Shown here: piece by piece, positions 10,885 to 21,019 of the stretch | How the letters are laid out: each line of letters begins with the position of its first letter | Numbering within the stretch: the first letter of the stretch is position 1 | Source of the DNA: Candidatus Dojkabacteria bacterium | Lineage (GTDB): Bacteria > Patescibacteriota > Dojkabacteria > JAOAGR01 | DNA length: 61,179 nucleotides | Assembly: GCA_026415655.1 (NCBI GenBank) | Contig: JAOAGR010000010.1 | Coordinates: 1 to 61,179 of the forward strand | Reading direction: 5' to 3' | Notes under the pieces: model-generated | What the model was told of the DNA's origin: nothing | What the model saw: the letters and a program-made list of their open reading frames with translations, nothing else | Database searches by the model: none | Position numbers and translations under genes: made by a program

Positions 10885-12615
10885 CTATTTCACCGTAACA
10901 CTCTTTGCCAAATTTCTAGGTTTATCTATAGGATTACCTCTTTTGAGTGCTACGTAATAAGTCAATAATTGACCGACAATAGTTGATAGGATACAAAATA
11001 TGGTTTCATCTTCGACTTTGATATGCATTACATTAATTTCACCAGTTGTTGAGATATCATTAGTTATTCTTATTATTTTAGCTCCTCTCGCTTCCACCTC
11101 TTTGGTGTTGGAGTAGATTGCAGGATTAGATTTTGGCATGATTGATATGACAACGGTACCCTCCTCGATTAACGCTATGGTACCGTGTTTCAACTCTCCC
11201 CCCATCATGCCTTCAGCATGAATGTAACAAATCTCTTTTATCTTCAGGGCTATTTCCCTGGCTATGGGATAACCTATCCCACGACCTAAAATGTATAAAT
11301 CATCGACTTTATATATCTCTTCCGCAATTTGGATTATTTTATCCTTTGTCTTGAATAAATTCTCGATGTGATTAGATAGACTCTCCACATCTACATCTAG
11401 ACCTAAGAGATGTGCAATATACATAAGTAAAACAACTTGATTTATAAAGGTTTTTGTAGCTGCAACACATACTTCTTGACCAGCGTATATATTCAATGAA
11501 ACTTCCGACATACGTTGGATAGTAGAATATGGTACGTTCACTATGGAAAGAATTCTTGCTCCTTTATTTTTTGCGTATTTCAGTGCCTCTATCACATCCA
11601 TAGTTTCACCAGACTGAGAAATTGCTATTACTACACTTTGATCATCTAATCCAACATAATTATCAAATTCCGATGCTATCAAAGTCTGAGCGTTTACACC
11701 TACTTTATGAAATAAATATACCCCAAACAACGATGCATGATAGCTTGAGCCAGCCGCAACAAATGTTATTTTTTTACTTGATCTAATTATTTCTAAAAAT
11801 TTGTTTAAATTTTCTTTTTGCTCATTTTTCAGACTAAAAATTAATCTCTCAATAACAGTAGGTTCCTCCATGATCTCTTTGATCATAAAATGATCATAAT
11901 CCTGTTTATCTTCTGTATGTTGTGTCCACCCTAACTGTTGTATTGTTTTTGTGATTTTATTCCCTTTTTTATCATAAAATTGATAATCAGAGTCTGATAC
12001 TATCGCAAATTCATCGTTTTCAAAAAATATACAATTATTTGTGGCATCAGAAAAAGCATAAATATCAGAAGCTAAATAATATGTGTCGTTGCCAATACCT
12101 AATACTAAAGGTGAATCTCTTTTGATAGCATAGAGATTATTGTCCCCTTGGATAGTCATCACAATAGCAAATTCACCATGTATATCTTTGAAAAATTCAA
12201 CGATTGCTGAGCGTATATCCATACTTTTTAATTTTTCTTCAAAATAATGAGCAATTACCTCAGAATCTGTTTCACTGGTAAATATATGTCCTGTTTTTTC
12301 TAACGTTGATCTTAATTCTTGATAATTTTCTATTATTCCATTATGGACAATTGCTATTTTTTTATCGCAAGATAAATGAGGATGTGCATTTTTATCAGTC
12401 ACACCACCATGTGTAGCCCAGCGTGTATGACAGATGATTTTATTTGTTAAATCACCATTTTGTGGTATTACTACTTCGCCGACTTGTTTTTTCAGATGTC
12501 CATCATAACAATATCCAAATGAATCATAACCCCTATATTCGAGTTTTTTTAATCGTTGTAGTGAATCTTTTACACTGAATCTATTTTGGGATATTATTCC
12601 TACTATTCCACACAT
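10885..12615 (-). CDS. glmS: Glutamine-fructose-6-phosphate aminotransferase
   Basis: MCGIVG, EYRGYDS, HTRWATHG, ISQSGET, PRNLAKSVTV. Confidence 0.97.
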   Translation of the reverse strand: MCGIVGIISQNRFSVKDSLQRLKKLEYRGYDSFGYCYDGHLKKQVGEVVIPQNGDLTNKIICHTRWATHGGVTDKNAHPHLSCDKKIAIVHNGIIENYQELRSTLEKTGHIFTSETDSEVIAHYFEEKLKSMDIRSAIVEFFKDIHGEFAIVMTIQGDNNLYAIKRDSPLVLGIGNDTYYLASDIYAFSDATNNCIFFENDEFAIVSDSDYQFYDKKGNKITKTIQQLGWTQHTEDKQDYDHFMIKEIMEEPTVIERLIFSLKNEQKENLNKFLEIIRSSKKITFVAAGSSYHASLFGVYLFHKVGVNAQTLIASEFDNYVGLDDQSVVIAISQSGETMDVIEALKYAKNKGARILSIVNVPYSTIQRMSEVSLNIYAGQEVCVAATKTFINQVVLLMYIAHLLGLDVDVESLSNHIENLFKTKDKIIQIAEEIYKVDDLYILGRGIGYPIAREIALKIKEICYIHAEGMMGGELKHGTIALIEEGTVVISIMPKSNPAIYSNTKEVEARGAKIIRITNDISTTGEINVMHIKVEDETIFCILSTIVGQLLTYYVALKRGNPIDKPRNLAKSVTVK

Positions 12616-12627
12616 ATTTTCATTTTT

Positions 12628-13833
12628 CTATTTTATATCTTTTGTGACTACTTCACCAGGCCGTGTAGTGGTATCGGGCCACATTTTTCTACCTGGATAG
12701 ATAGAAGTATTGATACCTGTATGTACTCTATCTGCTATGATGGCTCCCAATTTTTTTCTATTTGTGTTTATAAGTTGGTCTTTAATCTCGGAAAGTATAT
12801 AGCTTTCGTCATGTCTCAGATTTGCAGTTATAGTTCCAGCACCCAGGTTAACAAAATCACCGAGGATACTATCACCTATGTATGAAAGATGGGCGACATT
12901 AGTATTGTCACCGATTATACTGTTTTTGATCTCTACAGCATTACCTATCTTGCAATTATTACCAATGCTTGTATATCCTCTGATATAACAATTCGGCCCG
13001 ATAATGCAGTTTTCACCGATTATTACATTTCCTTCAATATATGCACCGGATTTAATTATGCTATTTTGACCTAGGATTATTTTTCCTTTGATTATTGCAC
13101 CTGCTTCGACTTGGCCCTGAATATCACTTTCGATATTTGATAGTAAAAATTCATTAATATCCAGCAAATTCCACGGATATGTCACAGGGAGCCAAGTTGC
13201 TATTTTTTGATAGTACACTTCTTCGTGTTCTATCAATTTATTTATTAGACTAATGATTTCATACTCTCCTCTTTCTGATAATTCAGGATCAAATTCAAAA
13301 ATTTTTCGATCAAGAACATAAACTCCAGTATTTGCAAGTCCCGGACCATATTCGGGCGGTTTTTCGTGTATTCTAACGATTTTTCCATTATCATCATGGA
13401 TAATTTTGCCATATTGGGATATATTTTCTACTTCGTGTACTAATATTGAATATCTATATTTATCTAGATTATTTGTTAAATCAGGACCGTAAAAATCATC
13501 GCCGTTGATTACTATAAATTTATCCCTAATCAAATCTTTACATCTAAATATTGCATCTCCAGTACCTCGCGGTTCATCTTGTTCTACAAATTTTATATTG
13601 TAATTTGGATAATTAGCGTCGATAAAGTTTTTAATTTGATCAGCATGATAATTTAATACCAAAATAATTTCATCAAAATAGTCTTTTATTTTATCTAAAA
13701 GGTGACCAAGCATTGGTTTGTTAGCAACTTTCAGCAATGGTTTTGGTTTCGTTATAGTAAGAGGATAAGTACGTGTGGATTTTCCTCCGCAGAGGATAAT
13801 GGCTTGTAGAGACATTTCACACGAGTATAGCAA
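12628..13833 (-). CDS. glmU: Bifunctional sugar-1-phosphate nucleotidylyltransferase/acetyltransferase (GlmU-like; likely start 13815)
   Basis: ILCGGKSTRTYPLT...PKPLL NTase domain plus hexapeptide repeats (HLSYIGDS, GAGTITAN); directly upstream of glmS. Confidence 0.8.
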   Translation of the reverse strand: MLYSCEMSLQAIILCGGKSTRTYPLTITKPKPLLKVANKPMLGHLLDKIKDYFDEIILVLNYHADQIKNFIDANYPNYNIKFVEQDEPRGTGDAIFRCKDLIRDKFIVINGDDFYGPDLTNNLDKYRYSILVHEVENISQYGKIIHDDNGKIVRIHEKPPEYGPGLANTGVYVLDRKIFEFDPELSERGEYEIISLINKLIEHEEVYYQKIATWLPVTYPWNLLDINEFLLSNIESDIQGQVEAGAIIKGKIILGQNSIIKSGAYIEGNVIIGENCIIGPNCYIRGYTSIGNNCKIGNAVEIKNSIIGDNTNVAHLSYIGDSILGDFVNLGAGTITANLRHDESYILSEIKDQLINTNRKKLGAIIADRVHTGINTSIYPGRKMWPDTTTRPGEVVTKDIK

Positions 13834-13887
13834 ATTTAAATTCTTTATGTTATAATTTTAATATAACGTATATTTATAATTAAATAA

Positions 13888-14632
13888 ATGGTTATGGCAG
13901 CATGTGAAGGTGCAGGACAATTAAGTAGGCGTGGTTTTTTGAAAACATGTCTCGTTTTGCTTTTAGCATTATCTGCATGTGGGTGGAGGCAGCCGGATTC
14001 TTTACAGGGACGGACCTATAACAATTTAATACAAACCGCAGAAGATTCTGCATTAAAAGAATTACTGAATCAATATAGGGGGTATATTACAATAGATCCT
14101 AATACAGGAGCTAAAACATTAAATGTCCAAGGGATTTGTACAGCCACTGGTGGTGTACCTCATGACTTCTTAATCTCAATCGAGCATCCATATGAACCAG
14201 AATATTCTAATTTGCAAAATTTATTTGAAACAATAAAAGAAAAGTTACGCGGATCGCTTCCTTTTTTGTGGGCACAAACCACCGAGACCTGCTCGTAATG
14301 AGAGGTTATATACAGCATATTCAACTTGGTCTGCAGGTTTTGCATCTTTGCAACTTAACAATTTAGTAAATGCAAAACGAATAGGAGAAAGATTAGGAGG
14401 GTATGATAATATACGTGGTGTAGAAGACTTACAGAAAAAAGTATTGGCTATGCATGTAAACGGAGATGCAAATAAAATTGATCCTTGGGTTGAAAGTACA
14501 TATAGCACTTATCTTCAATATAGAAATGAAGTTCAAGGTAATTCTAATAGAAATGAATCTCGAGGTAATGCTGTTATGAGTAGGAGAAGATTTTTACGAG
14601 CCGCAAGCGGTTTCTTGGTACCAAGAGTTTGA
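13888..14632 (+). CDS. Putative exported/lipoprotein ORFan, seen as ORFs 13888-14298 and 14348-14632; probably one frameshifted gene
   Basis: SRRGFLK plus LSAC lipobox-like N-terminus; second frame is open upstream across the T6 run near 14262-14267. Confidence 0.4.
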
Positions 14633-15667
14633 TAATGATAAAATATACTCATTTATTATCTCGTCTAAATTTCCTTCCATAATATTTTCCAAATCATACC
14701 AGGTTTTATTTATCCGATGATCGGTTAGTCTATTTTGTGGAAAATTGTAAGTTTTTATTTTGTCTGACCTATCACCTGTCTTTATTGCTGATTTTCTAAT
14801 ATTGGATATCTCACCTTGTTGTTTTTCTAGTTCCATCTGATATAGTCTAGCTCTGAGTACAGACAGAGCTGACTCTTTGTTCTTGTGTTGATCTTTTGTA
14901 TCTTGACATGTGACTATGAGGCCAGTTGGGAGATGTGTTATGCGCACTGCCGAGTCAGTAGTGTTTACACTTTGTCCGCCATGTCCCGCAGATCTAAATA
15001 CATCAATACGTATATCCTCTGGTTTTATTACTATTTCAATATCATCTATCTCAGGCATTACTACTACACTAGCAGCGGAAGTGTGAATACGACCATTTGC
15101 TTCAGTAACAGGTATTCTTTGTACTCTATGTACCCCCGACTCACCCTTTAACATTTTATAAACTCCTTTACCGATTATTTTGGCTATTATTTCCTTTATT
15201 CCACCAGTATCTGACTCTGAGATGCTAAGTACCTGTACAGTCCAACCTTTTGAATTGGCATATCTATTGTACATACGAAAAAGATCACCGGCAAAAAGTG
15301 TAGCTTCCTCTCCACCTGTTCCCGCTCTAATCTCTAAAATCACATTTTTCTCATCATTTGGATTTGGTGGTAAAAGTAGAAGTTGCAACTTTTGTTTTAA
15401 CTTTTCGAATTTTGATTGTAGACTTTCATTCTCGGCAGAGACAAGACCTTCTAGTTCGGGATCATTTTTTAGTTCTTCATTTTGTTCAATTTGTTTTTGA
15501 ATGTTTAAAATCTCTTCGTAAGTTTCAATAGTTTCTTTTAGCCTGTTGTATTCCGAAATAATAGATTTTGATTCTGGAGAATTAAAATCTGTAATATTTA
15601 ATACCTTAGAATTTAATTCATCAAATCTAGTACGTAAAGAAGATATATCAATATCTTCAAAATCCAT
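14594..15667 (-). CDS. prfA: Peptide chain release factor 1
   Basis: PVT recognition motif, GGQ motif, [23 protein letters not shown]. Confidence 0.95.
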   Translation of the reverse strand: MDFEDIDISSLRTRFDELNSKVLNITDFNSPESKSIISEYNRLKETIETYEEILNIQKQIEQNEELKNDPELEGLVSAENESLQSKFEKLKQKLQLLLLPPNPNDEKNVILEIRAGTGGEEATLFAGDLFRMYNRYANSKGWTVQVLSISESDTGGIKEIIAKIIGKGVYKMLKGESGVHRVQRIPVTEANGRIHTSAASVVVMPEIDDIEIVIKPEDIRIDVFRSAGHGGQSVNTTDSAVRITHLPTGLIVTCQDTKDQHKNKESALSVLRARLYQMELEKQQGEISNIRKSAIKTGDRSDKIKTYNFPQNRLTDHRINKTWYDLENIMEGNLDEIINEYILSLSNSWYQETACGS

Positions 15668-15682
15668 AAATTTTATATAAAT

Positions 15683-16021
15683 TTATTTCTTTGACTTTTT
15701 AGCGACTATATCACTAAGAGACGGTTTCTCGCGAGCGATGACACCTACTCTATTTGCTAATCTCTGTTGTTTTGATTCTCGGATTTGTTTAATCTTTTCT
15801 TGTAATTCTTTTGCCTTTGCTATTTTCTCAGTAAAAGCTGATACTCTAGCATCTTTTTGAGTACCTTGATCTATTTTTTCACCTCTGTAAATAGGATGAC
15901 AATTAGCACAAGTACCAACTGTATAGTCATGTTGGATCGTAGATTCGACAGTGTAGGTGGCACCACATGATGAGCATGTGATATTTATTGTATAAGTTTT
16001 TGGATGTATATTTGCTTTCAT
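15683..16021 (-). CDS. rpmE: 50S ribosomal protein L31 (Zn-binding type) with C-terminal extension
   Basis: MKANIHP, CSSCG, CANCHP. Confidence 0.9.
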   Translation of the reverse strand: MKANIHPKTYTINITCSSCGATYTVESTIQHDYTVGTCANCHPIYRGEKIDQGTQKDARVSAFTEKIAKAKELQEKIKQIRESKQQRLANRVGVIAREKPSLSDIVAKKSKK

Positions 16022-16069
16022 ACAAAATTTATTTTGCGTATTATACCTATAAATTGAAATTTGTAAAAC

Positions 16070-17167
16070 CTATCTTGCATTATGTTTTACTATGATTATA
16101 TCACCATCATTTACTTCATAGTCTCTTCCCTCTTGCCTTACTCTACCCTGTTCGCGTGCTTTATTCCATGATCCTGCACTTATGAAATCATCATAAGAAA
16201 CACATTCTAAACATATAAAATTTTTCTCAAAGTCTGTATGTATGACACCGGCAGCCTGTGGTGCTTTTGTACCTTTTTTGATAGTCCATGCACGAGTTTC
16301 TTTTTCACCAGTTGTAAAAAATGTTATCAAACCAAGCATCTGATAACATACACGTGCGATTTTATCTATTCCTGATTCTGAAATACCAAAAGTCTTAAGA
16401 TAATCATATTGCTCCTCTTCGGACAAAGAAACTATCTCGGATTCTAATTTGACGCTTATGGAAACGACATGATCATCAACAGTTAAATCTAATTTATTTC
16501 TTAATTCTTCCTCTGTGAGGGTCAGATCTTGTTCATCAACATTAGATACATACAAAATAGGTTTATTAGTCAGTAAATGCAAATCAGAGATATCAAATTC
16601 GTTATGATTTTTCGCAAATGTATTGGCAAGATATCCGTTGTTCAAATGCTGATACAATTTTTCTAAATAATCTAAATACTCACTTAATTTGTTATCTTTA
16701 TTTGATTTTAGTTTGGCTTTTGTATCAGATATTCGTTTTGATAATGTTTCGATGTCTTTTAAAATCAATTCCTGGTTAATTATTTTTATATCTTCTGCGG
16801 GATGTATCCTGTTTTCAACATGAATTATATTTGGATCTTCAAAAAGTCTCACCAAATGAATTATCATATCTACTTCTCTAATATGACCTAAAAACTGATT
16901 TCCCAATCCTTCACCCTCAGAAGCACCTTTGACAAGACCAGCAATATCCCAAAATTCGATAGAAGTCGGTATAGTTTCAGCCGAATTTGAAAGTTCTGAC
17001 AATGTATTTAATCTTGGATCTTTGATCGGTACAATACCTATATTTGGCTCAACTGTTGCAAACGGATAGTTCGCTGCTAGTGCATTTAATCTAGTTATTG
17101 TATTAAATAAAGTTGATTTACCAACATTTGGTAAACCTACGATTCCTACAGATAATTTAGATGCCAT
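16070..17167 (-). CDS. ychF: Redox-regulated ATPase YchF
   Basis: GIVGLPNVGKSTLFN, ANYPFATVEPN, TRAWTIKKG, GVIHTDFE. Confidence 0.97.
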   Translation of the reverse strand: MASKLSVGIVGLPNVGKSTLFNTITRLNALAANYPFATVEPNIGIVPIKDPRLNTLSELSNSAETIPTSIEFWDIAGLVKGASEGEGLGNQFLGHIREVDMIIHLVRLFEDPNIIHVENRIHPAEDIKIINQELILKDIETLSKRISDTKAKLKSNKDNKLSEYLDYLEKLYQHLNNGYLANTFAKNHNEFDISDLHLLTNKPILYVSNVDEQDLTLTEEELRNKLDLTVDDHVVSISVKLESEIVSLSEEEQYDYLKTFGISESGIDKIARVCYQMLGLITFFTTGEKETRAWTIKKGTKAPQAAGVIHTDFEKNFICLECVSYDDFISAGSWNKAREQGRVRQEGRDYEVNDGDIIIVKHNAR

Positions 17168-17201
17168 AATCTGTATGATAATAACACAACGATGATTTTG
17201 T

Positions 17202-18767
17202 CTATATATTTTCGCTTACTGAGAAAATACGTTCTAAGGTTTGTCTATATTCTTTTGAATTTTCATCTAATAATTCTGGATAACCTTTGTCATACAAGTA
17301 TAATTGATGCGGATGTAATCTAAAATTTATAAGTTTGTTTTTATAAAAGATCAGTTCAATAAAAATACCTTGTCGTGTTTCTATACTCCACATCTGATCA
17401 AAAATATAATTTCCTACACCATAAAAAACTGGTTTATCATCGATAAACTCTATCTGCTGTACCCAGTGTACATGATCCCCAAGGATGATATCTACTCCAT
17501 TTTCAATTAATAATTTCGCTAGTGTCCTTTGATACGGTAGAGCCTCGGCCACATATTCGCGTCCACCCCAATGCATAACTGCAATTACAAAATCGGGATT
17601 TAATGCTTTTGCGTTATCGATATATTTTTTAATGCGTTCTATATTTGGCTCGTATTTGATAGTCCGACCTTGTGAATCTATTATCCAATCGGAAATATTT
17701 GCAGCACCGGGAGTGTTTTCATCCGCCCATTGATTTCTACCAGGTGTATCATTGAATGCAATAAAAACTAGTTTAAGACCATTTTTTTCTATCAGAACTG
17801 GTTTTGCTGCATCATCTCGCCCGATCAATGACGCGCCATTGTATAATATGTTGTTTTGACTTAGCAATTCTTGAGTACGTTTTAATCCATCTACTCCTCC
17901 ATCCATGATATGATTAGCGGCTAAAGAAAAATAATCATATCCTACAGAGACTACTGCATCAATAAATTTTTCATTGCCGATAAATTGTACACAGCTTCCA
18001 CAAGTAGCTCCATTTCCTTTCCCCAATACAGGAGCTTCAAAAGTACCTGTTAAAATATCAGGTTTAAATAAAATGCTTTTTGTGCCTTCAAACAACCTAG
18101 TGTAATCACCATTGTGTATTCGTCTTGTGAAAGTTTCTACACCACGCCCTGGTATCATGGATCCAGTATGAATAAGTATATTAAGATCACTATGGGAATA
18201 GTTTGTCTGATCATCAGTTTTTTCAGGTGAGATTTTTATCTCTGCATATGAAAGTAAATATTCATTCCCTTTTTTCTCTCTATCAAAAAGAAAGTGATTT
18301 TCGAAAGATAAAGCTTTAACTCGAATATCCAATTCATCAAGACTCAATATACCTACAGCATCTTTATCTCGTTGTATAGTATTATAAAAATCTTCAATAT
18401 TATCCAAATATTTTAGATTTAATGTAATGTTAAGTTTTTCTAATATTTGTGTAAGTGCTAGTTTGTCTTTTTGCAAAGCGTATAATTCTTTTATATTTTT
18501 TAATTCGTCAATATTTATATTATTTTTATAGTTTTTAAGATTTGTAACGGGTACAAAATACTGAGTAAATTTATACTCATATTTAGTTTCTTTTTCAGTT
18601 ATATAATTTTGTACATTTATTTCTGAGTTGGACTGTGAAAGTTTTCTGCTACTTTCCGAGTAATAAAAGAAATAAACTAATGAACCAATCAAAGATATGA
18701 TTATTAAAAGTATCAAAAAATACTTAAATTGATTTCTTCTCTTTTTGTTGTAGTTGTTAAGCTTCAT
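17202..18767 (-). CDS. CapA/PGA_cap family metallophosphatase-like protein with N-terminal TM anchor
   Basis: SLAANHIMDGG, MHWGGREY, IILGDHVHWVQ, YGVGNYIFDQ. Confidence 0.85.
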   Translation of the reverse strand: MKLNNYNKKRRNQFKYFLILLIIISLIGSLVYFFYYSESSRKLSQSNSEINVQNYITEKETKYEYKFTQYFVPVTNLKNYKNNINIDELKNIKELYALQKDKLALTQILEKLNITLNLKYLDNIEDFYNTIQRDKDAVGILSLDELDIRVKALSFENHFLFDREKKGNEYLLSYAEIKISPEKTDDQTNYSHSDLNILIHTGSMIPGRGVETFTRRIHNGDYTRLFEGTKSILFKPDILTGTFEAPVLGKGNGATCGSCVQFIGNEKFIDAVVSVGYDYFSLAANHIMDGGVDGLKRTQELLSQNNILYNGASLIGRDDAAKPVLIEKNGLKLVFIAFNDTPGRNQWADENTPGAANISDWIIDSQGRTIKYEPNIERIKKYIDNAKALNPDFVIAVMHWGGREYVAEALPYQRTLAKLLIENGVDIILGDHVHWVQQIEFIDDKPVFYGVGNYIFDQMWSIETRQGIFIELIFYKNKLINFRLHPHQLYLYDKGYPELLDENSKEYRQTLERIFSVSENI

Positions 18768-20254
18768 TCGTATCTTACTAATCTAGAATTTTCTTTTATA
18801 CAATTTACAACATCGTATACAAATCCTTTGAGATAAGTACTTTCTTTATTTTCAAAAGCTGGAGCAAGCATCTGTATCCTACCTATCTCGCCAAATGGGC
18901 TGACTACTGATTTTTCACCAGAAAAATAAATCAAAAAATCTTCATTATTGTGGATATCAAGGATAGAATGAGATCTTTTTACAAAGCAAAGATTTGTCCA
19001 GCCATTTTCATTTAATTTAAATACGGCAGGATATTCTTCTTCATCACCTTCTAACAACGCAGATTCATTTGGGGTACGACCTCGAATACGATATAAACCA
19101 CTTGGAAATTGTTCTATTACCTGTAAGTCAAAATTGTAAAGATTACGAAATATAACCTGACTTGCATTGATATTGGGATTGTTAAGATAGTTATATTCTA
19201 ATTTATCATTTGATCTAATAAATTGATAAATTGAATGATTTATCCAATCTTGCTCATCTTGTTTCATAAGTATAAGTTCCTCATCAAAATTATGTTTCAA
19301 AAGAGTAAGTATATGCCAGAGCATGATTGGTACAATTTTGTTCTTCCTTTGAAGATAACTAGCATATGACATAGATGCTGTCTGCCGAGCATTTACTTCT
19401 ATGACAAATATTTCTAATGTATCTTTATCAATAACAAAATCAACTCCAAACCCCCCAATAAATCCTAAAGTACTTAATTTTTCACCAATAATCATTGTTT
19501 TATTTATAATCTCTTCCTTTGTCTTATCATCTAGATGCCTACAGCTAAAATCATTACCAACTGTACCTCCTCTTGAAGCAGTAAGCCCCGCAATCCCGGT
19601 AATTTGTTCGGATATTCCTCCTACAACTATTCCATACGGTGTCACAACCGCATTTGTTGTATATGATGGTCCGTTGATCCTTTGTGATATTTTTACGACA
19701 CGTTTTGGATATTTATTTTTTACTAGATCAAATTCTTCTTTACTATCTATAAAAAATGTCGAATTACCGGTATGACCAAACATAAACTGTATCACAAATT
19801 CGTTTCCCAATTTGTATTTTATGCTTTCATATTCTAAATCTTCCAGTCTTTCACTAATTTCATTTCTTGGAAATCTAATTTCATTCAAATCAGAAAATAA
19901 CCATACAATATTAATTTTATTTTCTATTTCTTTTTGCAATTTATAGGAAACATTAATTAGATTATACCCATAAAACTGTGATGATGATTCTATTTCACCA
20001 GAATTTTTAAACACAATTACATTTAATTCCCTATTATCGAACAATTTTATATATTCTTTTACTTCACTTAGAGAAATTAGCTTTTCTGTGCTATTGGAGT
20101 ATGGAGTAACAAAATTTTTAATATTTACACCTTCGTTTGCTATAGAAAAAGCAATCTGACTGTTATCAGAATAAATAATATGAAAACCTGGTAAAAGATC
20201 TTCTACACCACAAGCCCTTTCGGGATCAGAAGTAATATAAAAAATTTGTTTCAT
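18764..20254 (-). CDS. ATP-grasp domain protein (PGM1/peptide-ligase-like)
   Basis: GGTVGND, GGFGVDFVID, VIEVNARQTAS; ATGA overlap with the CapA gene. Confidence 0.7.
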   Translation of the reverse strand: MKQIFYITSDPERACGVEDLLPGFHIIYSDNSQIAFSIANEGVNIKNFVTPYSNSTEKLISLSEVKEYIKLFDNRELNVIVFKNSGEIESSSQFYGYNLINVSYKLQKEIENKINIVWLFSDLNEIRFPRNEISERLEDLEYESIKYKLGNEFVIQFMFGHTGNSTFFIDSKEEFDLVKNKYPKRVVKISQRINGPSYTTNAVVTPYGIVVGGISEQITGIAGLTASRGGTVGNDFSCRHLDDKTKEEIINKTMIIGEKLSTLGFIGGFGVDFVIDKDTLEIFVIEVNARQTASMSYASYLQRKNKIVPIMLWHILTLLKHNFDEELILMKQDEQDWINHSIYQFIRSNDKLEYNYLNNPNINASQVIFRNLYNFDLQVIEQFPSGLYRIRGRTPNESALLEGDEEEYPAVFKLNENGWTNLCFVKRSHSILDIHNNEDFLIYFSGEKSVVSPFGEIGRIQMLAPAFENKESTYLKGFVYDVVNCIKENSRLVRYE

Positions 20255-20266
20255 AATTGCATTTTA

Positions 20267-21013
20267 TTATTTTTGTTCTAATTCTTCATCACCAAAACTG
20301 GTTACAGGATTGTAGTAACTATAAAAAAGTTCAATCAGTTCTTTTGTATTCAATTGCTTTGCCCCTAATCCAATCCTAGATAAAAGGCGCATTATAGAAT
20401 CACGCTTTGGTATAAGACTCATGTATGCTTTGTCCACTAATTCTTGCGCATTAGGAATCTCAACAATCCTTTTTCGCCCTAAAATAAGATCTACAAATTT
20501 TTGAAATGGATTCAATTGATCTGCAGTAAGTACCCCAGAACGATGTAATAAAACGACAAAAAATCTTTTTTGTAAAATATTATTTTGTACAACAAGAGTT
20601 TTTACAAATTCGATATAGTATCGCATTTGTTTGCGTAACTCCTGAGATTGAAGACGCTTGTAGTTTTCTTCAAGATATTTCAGATATCTTCGCATATTTA
20701 TAGGTTCGGTATGCACTACAACTTGTAACTCAAAATTAAGAGAATTTATCAAATCAGCAAATGCTCCAATTTTTGCATTTTGCTCATACACTGACATCAA
20801 TTGAAAATTTACAGCAGTAGTTTCTATCACCATTGCTACATCACCATTTTTTAGCAACACAACATCATCAAAAATATCATATATATCTAAGTGATCCTGT
20901 GTAGCAGCTGTTACTTTTTGTTTATCGGGATCACTTAAAAAGAAATCATAAAGTGGCTTAAAGAAATTGGATACAACATCTCTCTTTACATTTTCTGGTG
21001 ATAAATTCGCCAT
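20267..21013 (-). CDS. TraC/TrsE (VirB4 N-terminal)-like protein
   Basis: ATQDHLDIYDIFDDVVLLKNG...VIETTAVNFQL pattern; follows a PrgI-like gene. Confidence 0.6.
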   Translation of the reverse strand: MANLSPENVKRDVVSNFFKPLYDFFLSDPDKQKVTAATQDHLDIYDIFDDVVLLKNGDVAMVIETTAVNFQLMSVYEQNAKIGAFADLINSLNFELQVVVHTEPINMRRYLKYLEENYKRLQSQELRKQMRYYIEFVKTLVVQNNILQKRFFVVLLHRSGVLTADQLNPFQKFVDLILGRKRIVEIPNAQELVDKAYMSLIPKRDSIMRLLSRIGLGAKQLNTKELIELFYSYYNPVTSFGDEELEQK

Positions 21014-21019
21014 GCTAGA

